Assembly (NCBI GenBank): GCA_017380955.1
Contig: JAFOCZ010000027.1
Span: forward strand, 1-42,803
Direction: 5' to 3'
DNA from: Alistipes sp.
GTDB taxonomy: Bacteria > Bacteroidota > Bacteroidia > Bacteroidales > Rikenellaceae
DNA length: 42,803 bases
Shown: in pieces, positions 8,188 through 18,572 of the stretch
Position numbering within the stretch: the first letter of the stretch is position 1
Layout: each line of letters begins with the position of its first letter
The notes under the pieces: generated by a model
What the model was told of the DNA's origin: nothing
Seen by the model: only the letters and a program-made list of their open reading frames with translations
The model's database searches: none
Made by a program: the position numbers and the translations under genes

Positions 8188-8898
8188 ATGAATAAAAAGA
8201 CAAATACAGCATATCTATCGCAGTTTTCGCCCGATATGAAGATATTCGAGTTGGTGGAGATATCGCCATCTCTGCTATCTATATTCTCGCGCCTAAACAT
8301 CAGACTGCCATTTGGCGATATCTCGGTTGCGGAGATGTGTGAGCGTGAGGGGCACTCTGTGGAGTTGTTCCTGATGCTCGCATCTATGCATACCGACACC
8401 TCATTCCGACCACAAAAGGAGCACCTCAGGGCCGAGATGCTGACAGAGGTTATAGAGTATCTGCGTGCCTCGCACCGCTACTATGCCGAGCATATGCTAC
8501 CCCACACCTCGGCGCATCTCGAGAAGATTCTGCAACATTGCGGTAACCTCTTCAAGAGCGCCCTACGACGCTTCTACGACGAGTACACCGACTACATTGT
8601 GACCCACTTCGAGGAGGAGGAGCGCAACATATTCTCCATCATCGACAACTGCACAACAGAGAACTATTCGGAGCAGGTATGCACACTCTTTGATATGCCT
8701 CACGCCGACATCGACGACCGCTCGAACGACATAGCATCACTCATCTTCAAGAATCTCCCCGAGGAGGCTCCTACGACGTTGCGTTGCACGATGCTCGAGC
8801 ATATATACGCACTTCGTGACGACCTACGTCGCCACAGCAACGTAGAGATGTATCTGCTACGACCACTTATTGAAACCTACCTAAACTCAAAGAGATGA
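8188..8898 (+). CDS. Hemerythrin (HHE) domain-containing protein
   Basis: YLRASHRYY, HFEEEE, HADID, HSNVE His/Glu motifs; overlaps the LuxR gene (ATGA). Confidence 0.8.
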   Translation: MNKKTNTAYLSQFSPDMKIFELVEISPSLLSIFSRLNIRLPFGDISVAEMCEREGHSVELFLMLASMHTDTSFRPQKEHLRAEMLTEVIEYLRASHRYYAEHMLPHTSAHLEKILQHCGNLFKSALRRFYDEYTDYIVTHFEEEERNIFSIIDNCTTENYSEQVCTLFDMPHADIDDRSNDIASLIFKNLPEEAPTTLRCTMLEHIYALRDDLRRHSNVEMYLLRPLIETYLNSKR

Positions 8899-9464
8899 AA
8901 CGATATAGGGTAGCAATAGTAGAGGCAGCAACAGTCGTTGCCGAGGGCATAGCGGCGATACTCTCACGCTCGGCAAAGTGTGAGGTTGTGGGCTGCTACC
9001 GTCGCATTGCCGACATCGAGAGCCTAATCTCGGCAGACCGCCTCGACATTGTTGTTGCATCGGTGGCACAGTACCACGAGATAGAGGCAGCATCGCTGGG
9101 TAACATCCCTGTGGTGGGCATCCAGAGCACCCTCTGCGACGAGGATATAGTGCGTCGCTTCAACGCCACGATAACCATCTTCACCACGCCCGAGGATGTG
9201 GAGCGTATAGTGACAGAGGCTGCCGAGCAACCTGCCGAGCATAACATCTCCGAGAGCCACGAACTCTCTGACCGTGAGCGTGATGTGCTGATTCTCGTGG
9301 CACGAGGTTTCACAAACAAGGAGATAGCCTCGGAGTTGAACATCTCGCCACACACCGTAATCTCGCACCGCAAGAACATCGTACACAAGACCGGCATACG
9401 ATCGGTAGCAGGTCTTACGGTATATGCTGTGCTTAATAAACTCATAGACAGCGAACAACTATAG
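8895..9464 (+). CDS. LuxR-family transcriptional regulator with degenerate receiver domain
   Basis: LSDRERDVLILVARGFTNKEIASELNISPHTVISHRKNI; no evident phospho-acceptor Asp. Confidence 0.92.
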   Translation: MKRYRVAIVEAATVVAEGIAAILSRSAKCEVVGCYRRIADIESLISADRLDIVVASVAQYHEIEAASLGNIPVVGIQSTLCDEDIVRRFNATITIFTTPEDVERIVTEAAEQPAEHNISESHELSDRERDVLILVARGFTNKEIASELNISPHTVISHRKNIVHKTGIRSVAGLTVYAVLNKLIDSEQL

Positions 9465-9495
9465 GAAGATTCTATAACATTACAACCCAATAAAG

Positions 9496-10230
9496 ATGAT
9501 TAAGACAGAACTTTGTGCCTACTCTGTAGAGGCGTGCCAGATTGCTGCACGTTTAGGCGTAAATCGCGTGGAGTTATGCGCCTCACCTGCCGAGGGTGGC
9601 GTGACACCATCACTGGCATCCATAGAGCGTGTTGCCCAGATTCCAAACCTCGACCTCAGTGTTATGATACGCCCTCGTGGTGGAGACTTTCTCTATTCCG
9701 ACGATGAGTTCCAGACTATGCTCCTCGACATTGAGTATGCTCGTAAGGCGGGCGCTACAGGCGTGGTGTTCGGCATCCTTACCGCCGATGGTAAGGTAGA
9801 TGTGGAGCGCACACGACAGTTGGTAGAGGCCGCAGGAGATATGGAGACTACGTTCCACCGCGCTGTGGATATGGCCGAGGATTATACCCAGGCTGTTGAG
9901 GATATTATCGCTGCGGGCTGCAAGCGTATCCTTACCTCGGGCAGTTACGACAAGGCTATCGACGGCATCGAGAATATCGCTAAGGCTGTGGAGGTTAGCC
10001 GTGGTCGCATAGAGATTATGGCCGGCAGCGGCGTTGTGGCTAAGAATGCCCAGCAGTTGGCCGCTACGGGTGTCGACGCCCTGCACTTCAGCGCTAAGTG
10101 TATGGTCAGCGGAGGTATGCTCTACCGCAACCCTCGCATCTCGATGGGTGGCTCGGATGCTGTGGATGAGTTTGCTCTGCGCACCGTGGATGAGAATGAG
10201 GTAAAGGAGATACTTAAACTTATAAAATAA
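9496..10230 (+). CDS. cutC: Copper homeostasis protein CutC family
   Basis: RVELCAS..EGGVTPS, MIRPRGGDFLY, TFHRAVD, RILTSG. Confidence 0.93.
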   Translation: MIKTELCAYSVEACQIAARLGVNRVELCASPAEGGVTPSLASIERVAQIPNLDLSVMIRPRGGDFLYSDDEFQTMLLDIEYARKAGATGVVFGILTADGKVDVERTRQLVEAAGDMETTFHRAVDMAEDYTQAVEDIIAAGCKRILTSGSYDKAIDGIENIAKAVEVSRGRIEIMAGSGVVAKNAQQLAATGVDALHFSAKCMVSGGMLYRNPRISMGGSDAVDEFALRTVDENEVKEILKLIK

Positions 10231-11462
10231 TGAATCTAAGACTTGTACTTTGTGGATTGGCAGCAATAGCACTGGGCATTGCGCTAATCGTATGGCCTTC
10301 AAAGGGCTACAACCCTGCTGACGACAGCGCACTCCAGGATGTCGTTGCAGCATCATCACGCGCCGCAGAACTCGAGGCTCTTATGGCTGAGACTCCAGTG
10401 GAGCAGCAGCAGGAGATGGCATTCTTGTTGAAGAATATGCCCGATTTCGACCGCGAGGCTATGGATTTGAGCCTCCTGAAGGAGAATGTGGAGTATGCAC
10501 ATATGGTACGCGAGAAGTATCAGTGGGCTAAGCAGTTACCCGAGGATGTATACCTCTACGACGTGCTCCCATACCACGTTGTCGACGAGGTGCGTGACTC
10601 GTGGCGTAAGGAACTCTATGAGTTGTTCGCGCCAGCCGTAGACACCTGCAGCACTATGTACGATGCGTTGTGTGCCGTGAATGCAAACATCCCACGCCTC
10701 ACAGGTGTTGACTACAACACCAAGCGCGAGAAGACCAACCAGAGCCCTCGTGAGTCTATGCGTCAGGGTATGGCATCGTGCACAGGTCTTGCGATTTTGC
10801 TCGTTGACGCCTACCGCGCTGTGGGTATCCCAGCACGCTTTGCCGGCACAGCATCGTGGCACGACAACCGCGGTAACCACAGTTGGACCGAGGTGTGGCT
10901 CGACGGCGAGTGGCGCGTAACGGAGTATTACTTCCCTTCGAAACTCGACCACCTATGGTTTATGCCCGACGCATCGAAGGCTAAGGAGGATGACCGCACA
11001 TATGCTATCTATGCCACACGTTTTGGCAAGGCCGACGATTGGTTCCCTATGGTTTGGGCTGATGGCGATGTAGAGGGTCGTTCGGTTGAGGAGTTACCAC
11101 AGATTGTGGGCGCTGTGAACGTTACCAAGCACTACCAGGATTTGGCATACGAGCAGTATACTCGCCATTTGGAGGCTGGTACTCACACCTTTATCAAGAT
11201 TGCTGGATATAAGAAGGCAGGTAAGAAGGAGCACTCTGAGGACCGCGTGGCTATGGGTGTTGATGTCTTCTGTGGCACGGAGCAGATGGGTGGTGGTCTC
11301 ACCGCCGGTCCATTGCGCGATATGAACGATATGTTCTCTGTTCTCGTTGAGAAGAATCGCTCATACGAACTCCGCTACTACGATGCTGCTGGCGAGTTGC
11401 AACGCATCGCTGTAGACCTCGGCGAGGAGCCTGTAACGGTAGATATCTACCTCGAGAAGTAA
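10230..11462 (+). CDS. Membrane-anchored transglutaminase-like domain protein
   Basis: ASCTGLAIL (Cys), GIPAR, NHSWTEVW (His); N-terminal hydrophobic anchor. Confidence 0.85.
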   Translation: MNLRLVLCGLAAIALGIALIVWPSKGYNPADDSALQDVVAASSRAAELEALMAETPVEQQQEMAFLLKNMPDFDREAMDLSLLKENVEYAHMVREKYQWAKQLPEDVYLYDVLPYHVVDEVRDSWRKELYELFAPAVDTCSTMYDALCAVNANIPRLTGVDYNTKREKTNQSPRESMRQGMASCTGLAILLVDAYRAVGIPARFAGTASWHDNRGNHSWTEVWLDGEWRVTEYYFPSKLDHLWFMPDASKAKEDDRTYAIYATRFGKADDWFPMVWADGDVEGRSVEELPQIVGAVNVTKHYQDLAYEQYTRHLEAGTHTFIKIAGYKKAGKKEHSEDRVAMGVDVFCGTEQMGGGLTAGPLRDMNDMFSVLVEKNRSYELRYYDAAGELQRIAVDLGEEPVTVDIYLEK

Positions 11463-11480
11463 ACCTCCCACAACAAACAC

Positions 11481-11508
11481 AAAGGGTGTGTCGCGTGACA
11501 CACCCTTT
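11481..11508. terminator. Terminator between convergent operons
   Basis: AAAGGGTGTGTC-gcgt-GACACACCCTTT perfect 12-bp stem. Confidence 0.8.
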
Positions 11509-11528
11509 ATTGTTATATTGTCTTTATG

Positions 11529-14500
11529 CTATTTCGTTAGCACAATAGTCTCGCCATTCTGGCTCATATTGTACAACTCCGCAAGACTTGCGATAGTCGT
11601 GCTGTATGTTGTCTTGGTGTCGCCAGCCTGGTGGAGGTAACTGAGTTGCAACTCATCCTCTGTCCAACTGAACTCATACTCGGCACGTAGATTCAACGTA
11701 AAGCGACCATCCTCGTCGATATTCATAGAGCCGATACGCACACCCGACTTCTTAACCGCGAAACTCACGAAGTTATCCTTAGGAATATCGCGCTGCTGAG
11801 CACCATCGTCATACTTGATGTTACCCTCGATGCGAGTGTTAGAGACCTTGAAGCGCTTCTCGAAGAACTCAACAACCTCCATCTCCGAGGTTATGACGAT
11901 ATCTCCAGCGGTGGTAATACCCTTAGTTACAAAAGGCAATGTCTTACGCTCACCCGTCTGTGACGCAGTCGTTGCTGAGTCCACAAACTTAACACTCTCA
12001 CCATTACCCACCTTACGCTCCTCGTCGCGTGACGCATCTACGGTGTAGACAAAGCGACCAGGGATTGTGGCGTGAGGCTTTAATTTAGCAGCCATATCTG
12101 CTGTGAGGCGGCTATGGTCGATATCGAGCATTGGGGCATCGATATATATGTCAAATTCCGTTCCAAAAGGATCTGCAGAGCGACCGTCAGCGCCTACGAA
12201 ACTTGTAACCTCAAGGTTGATATCTACCTTCTGGTTTGGCACATACGACCACTCGAGATGATCGACTGGGTCGGGATTCTGCAATGTCTCGGCAGTGGTA
12301 TTCCACGTACCCACAGGCTCGCCACCATCTATAGCCACCTGCGCTGCGAAGCGGAATGGGCGATATGTTGCCAACTCGAAGATAAACGAGCGATAGGTAT
12401 TACCCTCGTAGTATACATTACTCTGTCCAGGAAGCGCCGAGTAACTATGAGGTTGGTTGGATGCGATACGAATCACATCGCTGCTCTTTGCGCTGTTGGT
12501 CTTGAGGAATATAGAGTATTTACCCTTATCCTCGCCACTCTTCTCCACGTTGTTAGGCTTGAACATCAACATACGACCATTCGTGCTCTGCTGCCAATAA
12601 CTATCGTCGATGGTGTAGAAGCGGCAATCCCACTCCCAATTATCAGGCAGACCAAACATCTCGCGATCCGACTGCGAGACGAGCGAATCGAGGGTGCGAC
12701 CATAGATGAAGAACTCATCCTTAGCACCGGCATTGATACGCTCTGGCGCTGCTCCCGAGAGGTCGTTGAGTACAACATCTATCTGCACAGGGGCATTTAC
12801 CTTACGAGGTACAAGACGGTAGTAGATAGGCTCATCCGTAACTCCCGACTCACGCTTCTCGTTGAGATCCCCAACCGAGATGGCGTGCTGGTGTGCCACA
12901 TACTGGAAACTCTTGGTTACGGTCTCGAAGAACTCCGCCTCGAGCATAACGCTATCCGACTCACCATCCTCGTGCGTAAGCACATTGTGGAAGTAGATAC
13001 GCTGTGTTCCAGGCTCGGTAACGGTATAGATATATTTGTAGCCGATGCCATTATCCACGCCATACCACTGCTCCTCGCCAACCTTAACAACCGGCAGTGC
13101 ACGACCTGTGGTCTCGGTGCGTGCGTCAAGGCTATTCACCGACACATAGACATTGAATGGGAAGAATGGGAAGTTATCAGGCACTGTGAACTTCAACGTT
13201 GCCAACTCACCAACATCGCTACCATAAATCTGTGTAGCAGCCCACACCGGCGTAAACTTCTGGGTCTTGATAAGCGTAACCTTGATATTACGATGCAGAC
13301 GACCCTTCTTCACCACGATAGTACCCTCGAGAATCGGCGAGTCACCCATCTCCAAGAGTTGCAGCATAATAGTACCGCTACCTATGTTGCCCGAAGGTGT
13401 GAAGGTGTGGTTGAAGGTGTGCGCCGCAACGGTGTTACCCTCCATCCACTTAACCTCGGCGATATCCTCCGCGGTTACATTTCGTGCGCTGTTGGTGATG
13501 GTATAGTTCAACTGCAACACCGAGCCAGCCTTATCCTCACCCATAACAACACTTGTCTGCTCCACCGCGAGGGTTACATCACCAAACGACACCTCATCTA
13601 CCCAATCTGCTACGGTTGCCCATACGTTGTTTGTAGCAGGCGACGACAACGCATCCTCAAAGGTCTTGTTGCCATAGGTCAACTTACCGATGATGTTTAG
13701 TTTGTAGTGGTGGTTACGACGAATCATAAGTTGCTCACCACTCTCGTCGATAATCATCACACGATAATACAACTCCTCGCTGCCACCCACAGGCTTACCA
13801 CGCAAGATTACACTAATAGGGTCGTTCAACGTATTCTCGTGCTCGAAGACATACTCCTCCGAGCGGCTATATACGTCCATAACCTCGGTAAGTTTCTCTC
13901 GATTCGACGGCATTGTCACAAAGTCATCACCAGGCCATACAAAGTCCGAAGCCGCGGCGTTGTTGACAATAGGGAAGCGACGCTCGGGGTGGTAAGGTGC
14001 TGTAGTGCCAAAGGCATTACCATTCACAACCACAAAGCCTGTGATGTCGACAAAGCCATTAGTCGCAGCATTCTCGATGCTAATCTTCGCCTGGTTGCGG
14101 ATGAGTTTTATACCCTCACCGTTGTTCGCCGTGGCGAGTTGCTGCTGGTGACCAGCGCTATTGTCAAAGACAAAGCGTGACCAATAGATAATCATACCCG
14201 AAGCACCAACCATATCATCCTGAATCTCATCCTCGGTGCGGTTTAGGAACATATCGGCATCGAGCAAGTTAGGATTCTGGTTTGCAACAAAGTGTATGAT
14301 GCGTGTATCCTCGGGGATTATAGCCTTGTATGTTCCCGAGAGCGATGGGGTCTCCATAGCACGGTCGAGGGTTGCTGGAACGTGGGTGATATACAACCCA
14401 AAGTCGTTGAAGCAGAAGAGAATCATATTCTGCACATCGAAGCCATCAGGGTCTACAGAGCGCACTGCAACCTCGGTCATAACAGGGGCGTTTGCACCAA

Positions 14501-14627
14501 ACTCCACCTCTACCCAACCCTCGGGTATTGCATTAGGCTCATCAACAACCACATCCATATCCTGATGACACGCAACAGAGAACATCACCGCTATGGTTGC
14601 AACTATATATGAAATTCTGTTAATCAT
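11529..14627 (-). CDS. Large type V pilus accessory/tip lipoprotein
   Basis: Lipobox SVAC, probable VR/S processing site, LIRNQAKI and IRRNHHY pilin-like motifs; last gene of operon. Confidence 0.75.
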   Translation of the reverse strand: MINRISYIVATIAVMFSVACHQDMDVVVDEPNAIPEGWVEVEFGANAPVMTEVAVRSVDPDGFDVQNMILFCFNDFGLYITHVPATLDRAMETPSLSGTYKAIIPEDTRIIHFVANQNPNLLDADMFLNRTEDEIQDDMVGASGMIIYWSRFVFDNSAGHQQQLATANNGEGIKLIRNQAKISIENAATNGFVDITGFVVVNGNAFGTTAPYHPERRFPIVNNAAASDFVWPGDDFVTMPSNREKLTEVMDVYSRSEEYVFEHENTLNDPISVILRGKPVGGSEELYYRVMIIDESGEQLMIRRNHHYKLNIIGKLTYGNKTFEDALSSPATNNVWATVADWVDEVSFGDVTLAVEQTSVVMGEDKAGSVLQLNYTITNSARNVTAEDIAEVKWMEGNTVAAHTFNHTFTPSGNIGSGTIMLQLLEMGDSPILEGTIVVKKGRLHRNIKVTLIKTQKFTPVWAATQIYGSDVGELATLKFTVPDNFPFFPFNVYVSVNSLDARTETTGRALPVVKVGEEQWYGVDNGIGYKYIYTVTEPGTQRIYFHNVLTHEDGESDSVMLEAEFFETVTKSFQYVAHQHAISVGDLNEKRESGVTDEPIYYRLVPRKVNAPVQIDVVLNDLSGAAPERINAGAKDEFFIYGRTLDSLVSQSDREMFGLPDNWEWDCRFYTIDDSYWQQSTNGRMLMFKPNNVEKSGEDKGKYSIFLKTNSAKSSDVIRIASNQPHSYSALPGQSNVYYEGNTYRSFIFELATYRPFRFAAQVAIDGGEPVGTWNTTAETLQNPDPVDHLEWSYVPNQKVDINLEVTSFVGADGRSADPFGTEFDIYIDAPMLDIDHSRLTADMAAKLKPHATIPGRFVYTVDASRDEERKVGNGESVKFVDSATTASQTGERKTLPFVTKGITTAGDIVITSEMEVVEFFEKRFKVSNTRIEGNIKYDDGAQQRDIPKDNFVSFAVKKSGVRIGSMNIDEDGRFTLNLRAEYEFSWTEDELQLSYLHQAGDTKTTYSTTIASLAELYNMSQNGETIVLTK

Positions 14628-14674
14628 AATCTCTCAAAAGATTAGTAGTTATACGTTAAACTCTCTTCTCGCTA

Positions 14675-16963
14675 TTAATAAGCATCGCGGATGCATCGTA
14701 TCGCCCACGATGACGCTTGTGCCTGGTTTTCAGTGTGACCACTATCGTTCTTACTATTGTACACACGACCAGATGCCGATAGATAGTAGTCTGCATTGAG
14801 CAGATAGTCGATAGCATCGGCACTCTCATTTGACGTACCCTGCAAGTCTATGATAATCTGCAACTCGCTGGCTGTTGGCAATCGCCAATCGTCATATACC
14901 GTACCATCGTTTGCAACCTCTACATAGTTTGCACAATGGTCTCGAGCCAATGATATGCGCTTGGTATCGCTATTAGCACTACGATAATTAGAAGAACTCA
15001 CAAAACCCAAACGAGAAGCAATCATAAAGGATGGCGACACGAGGTTTGCATTATCTGCACCAGGGTCAGTAAACTCAAACGACACATTAGGGTCTGTCGT
15101 AAGACGTGGCACACCAAGATTGTAATCGCCTGAGGTGGCGGTGATACGCACGTGATACATTCGTGCGTTACCAGGGTCCTGTGCATTAGAGTAATTCAAC
15201 GAGTAGTTGCTGCTGCCAAATCCCGAACGTGACCACTTATAATAATCGATGTTGGATCTACCTTGTCGCGACTGTGAGTCTGTTGCAGGATAGGTCTCAC
15301 GAACTACCTTTGACTCCCAAAATGCCGATGATGAATTATAAGAGTATGACCACAACCCCGTTGCCTCATTCCACGAATTCAATGAGATGCTTGTGATGCG
15401 AGAGCCCTCGTTGTAGATTGTTGTAGGGGCGTTATCTCCACTCTTGAAGTCATCACGGTATGAGTAGTGACCCAGGATGTTTACGATATATACCAGCGGA
15501 TACTGCTCCACAACAACTATCTCCTGCTGACCTGTCTCGTTGACAACCCTCAGCGTAAAGTAGCGAATGGTGTTGTTCGTAGGTACGTCGCTCATAACGG
15601 TGATATTACCAGCGATAGAGCCATCAGGCGTTGTACCTGCGATGTTGTAACTACCTGCCGAGATGGTACGCTGAACGCCAAACTTATCGATATAGTAGCA
15701 ATTCTCAACGGTGATTGTCACAGGCGACGATGATGAGAAGAGCAACGACTTGCTGTCGATAGCAGTGTTATACATCTTCAACTCATCGAGGTTTACCTTG
15801 AGGTACTCAGGGCCCTGCTCGCCACCGATATCCACACGGCGTTCTGTCCACTGATATACCGAATACTTCAAATCCTGAATCTGCACAGGTTCTGAGAAAT
15901 CCTCAGCACCCGGAGCGTGAACGTTGGCAGTAACCTCGTAGTAGTGGTTACGCTCGAACTTAAACTCCTGGGTAAGAGGCACCTGATAGTAGTTATTAGG
16001 GTGCTCCACCGACACACGCGCGCCCTCCTTTACTGTTGAGTAGTATGCTGGCACATCCACCAAGAGGTTTGTAGCGTGAGAGAAACTATCCGACGTATCC
16101 CACATATGGCTATATACATAGAGCGTAATCTCCACACCTGTGATATTACCCTCTGCATCACGCATCCACTTGTAATACTCGCTCATAGCCTCGTGTGTAG
16201 TCTCGAGGTTATCCTGCTGGCGAAGCACGCCATCGTTCACAACACGCGTTGCATAAGGAAGATTACGAACATAGTAGCCAGGTGTTGCACCTACGATAGC
16301 ATCCGTAAACTCAATGGTCTCGGTTGCAAGAAGTCTTACCACAACCTTTGCTGCGGCACGGCGCAACTTAACGTTGAGCGTCACCACATCGGTAATCTTC
16401 TGCTCGGCGATGGTGATAGCCGCCGCTGTGGCTGGCTCCGAGGCGCTCTTATACGCCACGCCATCCATCAGGAAGTGCGACGAGGTATTCTGAAGCCCTG
16501 TAGCCGTAAGATGAAGGTTATAGTCGTGCTGAGAGAGGATGTGAAGGCTCGCCACGCTCTCCATCTCGGCGAATGTAGAGGCGTCGTAGGTAGAATTGGC
16601 AACAACATATACCCAATACTTTGCACCCACCACGATAGAGTCGATATCAACACCGAGGCGCACCTCACCCGAAGGGCCTGCAGCCGTAACACGCTCGTGG
16701 TAGAAGAGCGACATATCCTCCCTATCCTCGGCATCATTGAATATCATAACGTCGAGATGCTGGATGGCATACTCACGCTCGTTGTCGGCCATACCCTCGG
16801 CGCGTGTTGCAACGCCCAAAGCACCACCCGACAGATTGAGAACTATGCCACGCTCTGCGGGGATATTCACACCACCCTGCTCCACATCACCACTACAGGC
16901 CGTAGCAAAGGCTACAACCATCGCGGCAATCATATATTTCACATATCTTTTCATAAATCCCAA
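14675..16963 (-). CDS. Type V pilus tip pilin with C-terminal C-type-lectin-like domain
   Basis: Lipobox ATAC, TR/A site, LRRAAAK, RNHYY; C-terminal WRLPT..EL and AIRCIRD. Confidence 0.8.
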   Translation of the reverse strand: MGFMKRYVKYMIAAMVVAFATACSGDVEQGGVNIPAERGIVLNLSGGALGVATRAEGMADNEREYAIQHLDVMIFNDAEDREDMSLFYHERVTAAGPSGEVRLGVDIDSIVVGAKYWVYVVANSTYDASTFAEMESVASLHILSQHDYNLHLTATGLQNTSSHFLMDGVAYKSASEPATAAAITIAEQKITDVVTLNVKLRRAAAKVVVRLLATETIEFTDAIVGATPGYYVRNLPYATRVVNDGVLRQQDNLETTHEAMSEYYKWMRDAEGNITGVEITLYVYSHMWDTSDSFSHATNLLVDVPAYYSTVKEGARVSVEHPNNYYQVPLTQEFKFERNHYYEVTANVHAPGAEDFSEPVQIQDLKYSVYQWTERRVDIGGEQGPEYLKVNLDELKMYNTAIDSKSLLFSSSSPVTITVENCYYIDKFGVQRTISAGSYNIAGTTPDGSIAGNITVMSDVPTNNTIRYFTLRVVNETGQQEIVVVEQYPLVYIVNILGHYSYRDDFKSGDNAPTTIYNEGSRITSISLNSWNEATGLWSYSYNSSSAFWESKVVRETYPATDSQSRQGRSNIDYYKWSRSGFGSSNYSLNYSNAQDPGNARMYHVRITATSGDYNLGVPRLTTDPNVSFEFTDPGADNANLVSPSFMIASRLGFVSSSNYRSANSDTKRISLARDHCANYVEVANDGTVYDDWRLPTASELQIIIDLQGTSNESADAIDYLLNADYYLSASGRVYNSKNDSGHTENQAQASSWAIRCIRDAY

Positions 16964-16971
16964 TCTCTTAA

Positions 16972-18552
16972 TTAGTTAGACACCTGCTGGATGTCGATGA
17001 TTCGTGGCTCGTTGCCACTGTTAGGCCAAATTATGTGGTCCACCTCGCCATTAATATGAAGGTATCGCGATCCTGCGCCCATCCAATCCTGCGAGTAGGT
17101 GATTCCGAAACGTGCCACACCGGTATACTCCGCATCGATAGGTATCACCTTGATGTTGTACCATCCCGAATATGCCTCCAACTGCGAGCCATCCTTCAAC
17201 GAGGCATCCGTAACAGAGGTCTCGGTGGTGTAGGCAAGGTGGTAGGTCATAGGGTCAATCTCCTTGTATACACGAATCACACACTGGTTAGATGCTGTGC
17301 GCAACGTAGGCAACCAACGCTGTCCCACGGGCGAGGTCATCTGAAACCAGCAAGAGAATGCTCCTGCCTCGGTGGTGATAGTCTCGAGCGTGTTAGGTGC
17401 TACGTAGTACATCTCTGGGCGCTCAGGGTATACATCATTGATAGCGCTACCATCACGGGGTGCAGAGTCTGGCAACACAGGGTTGTGGTAGTTTGGATAG
17501 TCAAAGTGGTGTACCCACTCCCAATTCTCGCTACGCTGCCAATCAGCAACCTCGTAGTTCAACTCCAAGCCTCCCGAGGCAACCTTTGTGATGCGGAAGC
17601 GGTAGATGGTGTTGCGTGTTATGTTTGCCGCCTCGCCCGTAGGACGACCATCCACATACTTCTTAAACTGCAATGCATCGGGGAAACTCATCAACGTGCC
17701 GTTGTAGTTTACGCTAACCGAAATCTTCGACTCATAGTCGGCGAAGAGTCTATTATCGTACTCAGGGATGTAGAGCACAAACTTCTCGCCAGCCTCCATC
17801 TCCATAAGTGCGTGTGGCGATGTGTGTACCGAGCGAAGACCACGGAAACAACCGACACGGTCAATACTCTTGGTATCAGTAGCGCTATCCCAACCCGTAG
17901 GCAACACATAGCCTGTGCGGTTGTGGTAGTTGATAGTTGCAGCCTCGATTGTGCATCCCGACAACGCCTCATCCACAACAACCTCTACCTTTGCCACAGC
18001 ACGCAGCAGCGATATCTCGCCAATATTCTGCGACACATTGTTCAAGAGACCCGCAAGATCCACCTGCTTAACACCCCACATAGGAATCGCACCAGTGGTC
18101 ATATCCAAATCATCGAACGTATACTCCAATGCGGCATTATCACCCTCGGCGCTATTGGCAAAGACCATAAACTTATACATCGTCTCGCTCTCCAGCGCTG
18201 CGATTACCGACTGTGGCATACTGCCCTGAAACTGATAGCGAGTACCCTCGTCGTTGATAGGCCAATAGAGCAGATTCTCGATATCGCCGAGATGGGTGTT
18301 TGTGGTAGAGTATACCGCAACACGAAGACTCTCAGGCAGGATTCTATTCTCGAAGGATGTACCTATCTCATCCGTAGACTCCGAAGCACCCCACTCAGCG
18401 CGCGTGGCACTGGGTGCGTCGATGGCCAATACGAAGTTCACCTCGCGTGTCTCGGTAAGGGCTGGGCACTCGCCAAACTCATATACCGTATTGCACGACA
18501 CAGCGAAGAGAGCCGCTATGGCCAACACTATTTTGTTACACTTATCTCTCAT
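16972..18552 (-). CDS. Type V pilus minor/tip pilin lipoprotein
   Basis: Lipobox AVSC, ATR/A site, LLRAVAKV, RNTIYRF. Confidence 0.8.
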   Translation of the reverse strand: MRDKCNKIVLAIAALFAVSCNTVYEFGECPALTETREVNFVLAIDAPSATRAEWGASESTDEIGTSFENRILPESLRVAVYSTTNTHLGDIENLLYWPINDEGTRYQFQGSMPQSVIAALESETMYKFMVFANSAEGDNAALEYTFDDLDMTTGAIPMWGVKQVDLAGLLNNVSQNIGEISLLRAVAKVEVVVDEALSGCTIEAATINYHNRTGYVLPTGWDSATDTKSIDRVGCFRGLRSVHTSPHALMEMEAGEKFVLYIPEYDNRLFADYESKISVSVNYNGTLMSFPDALQFKKYVDGRPTGEAANITRNTIYRFRITKVASGGLELNYEVADWQRSENWEWVHHFDYPNYHNPVLPDSAPRDGSAINDVYPERPEMYYVAPNTLETITTEAGAFSCWFQMTSPVGQRWLPTLRTASNQCVIRVYKEIDPMTYHLAYTTETSVTDASLKDGSQLEAYSGWYNIKVIPIDAEYTGVARFGITYSQDWMGAGSRYLHINGEVDHIIWPNSGNEPRIIDIQQVSN

Positions 18553-18572
18553 ACTCCAAAGTTTTTAGGGGT

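Noticed and set aside
14675-14800. Active DGR variable repeat at the tip pilin 3' end
   Set aside because: No reverse transcriptase or template copy seen in the window; many codons end in A/G (CAA, GCA, CAG, GAA, AAG) rather than the NNY pattern expected from AAY templates; no downstream hairpin.
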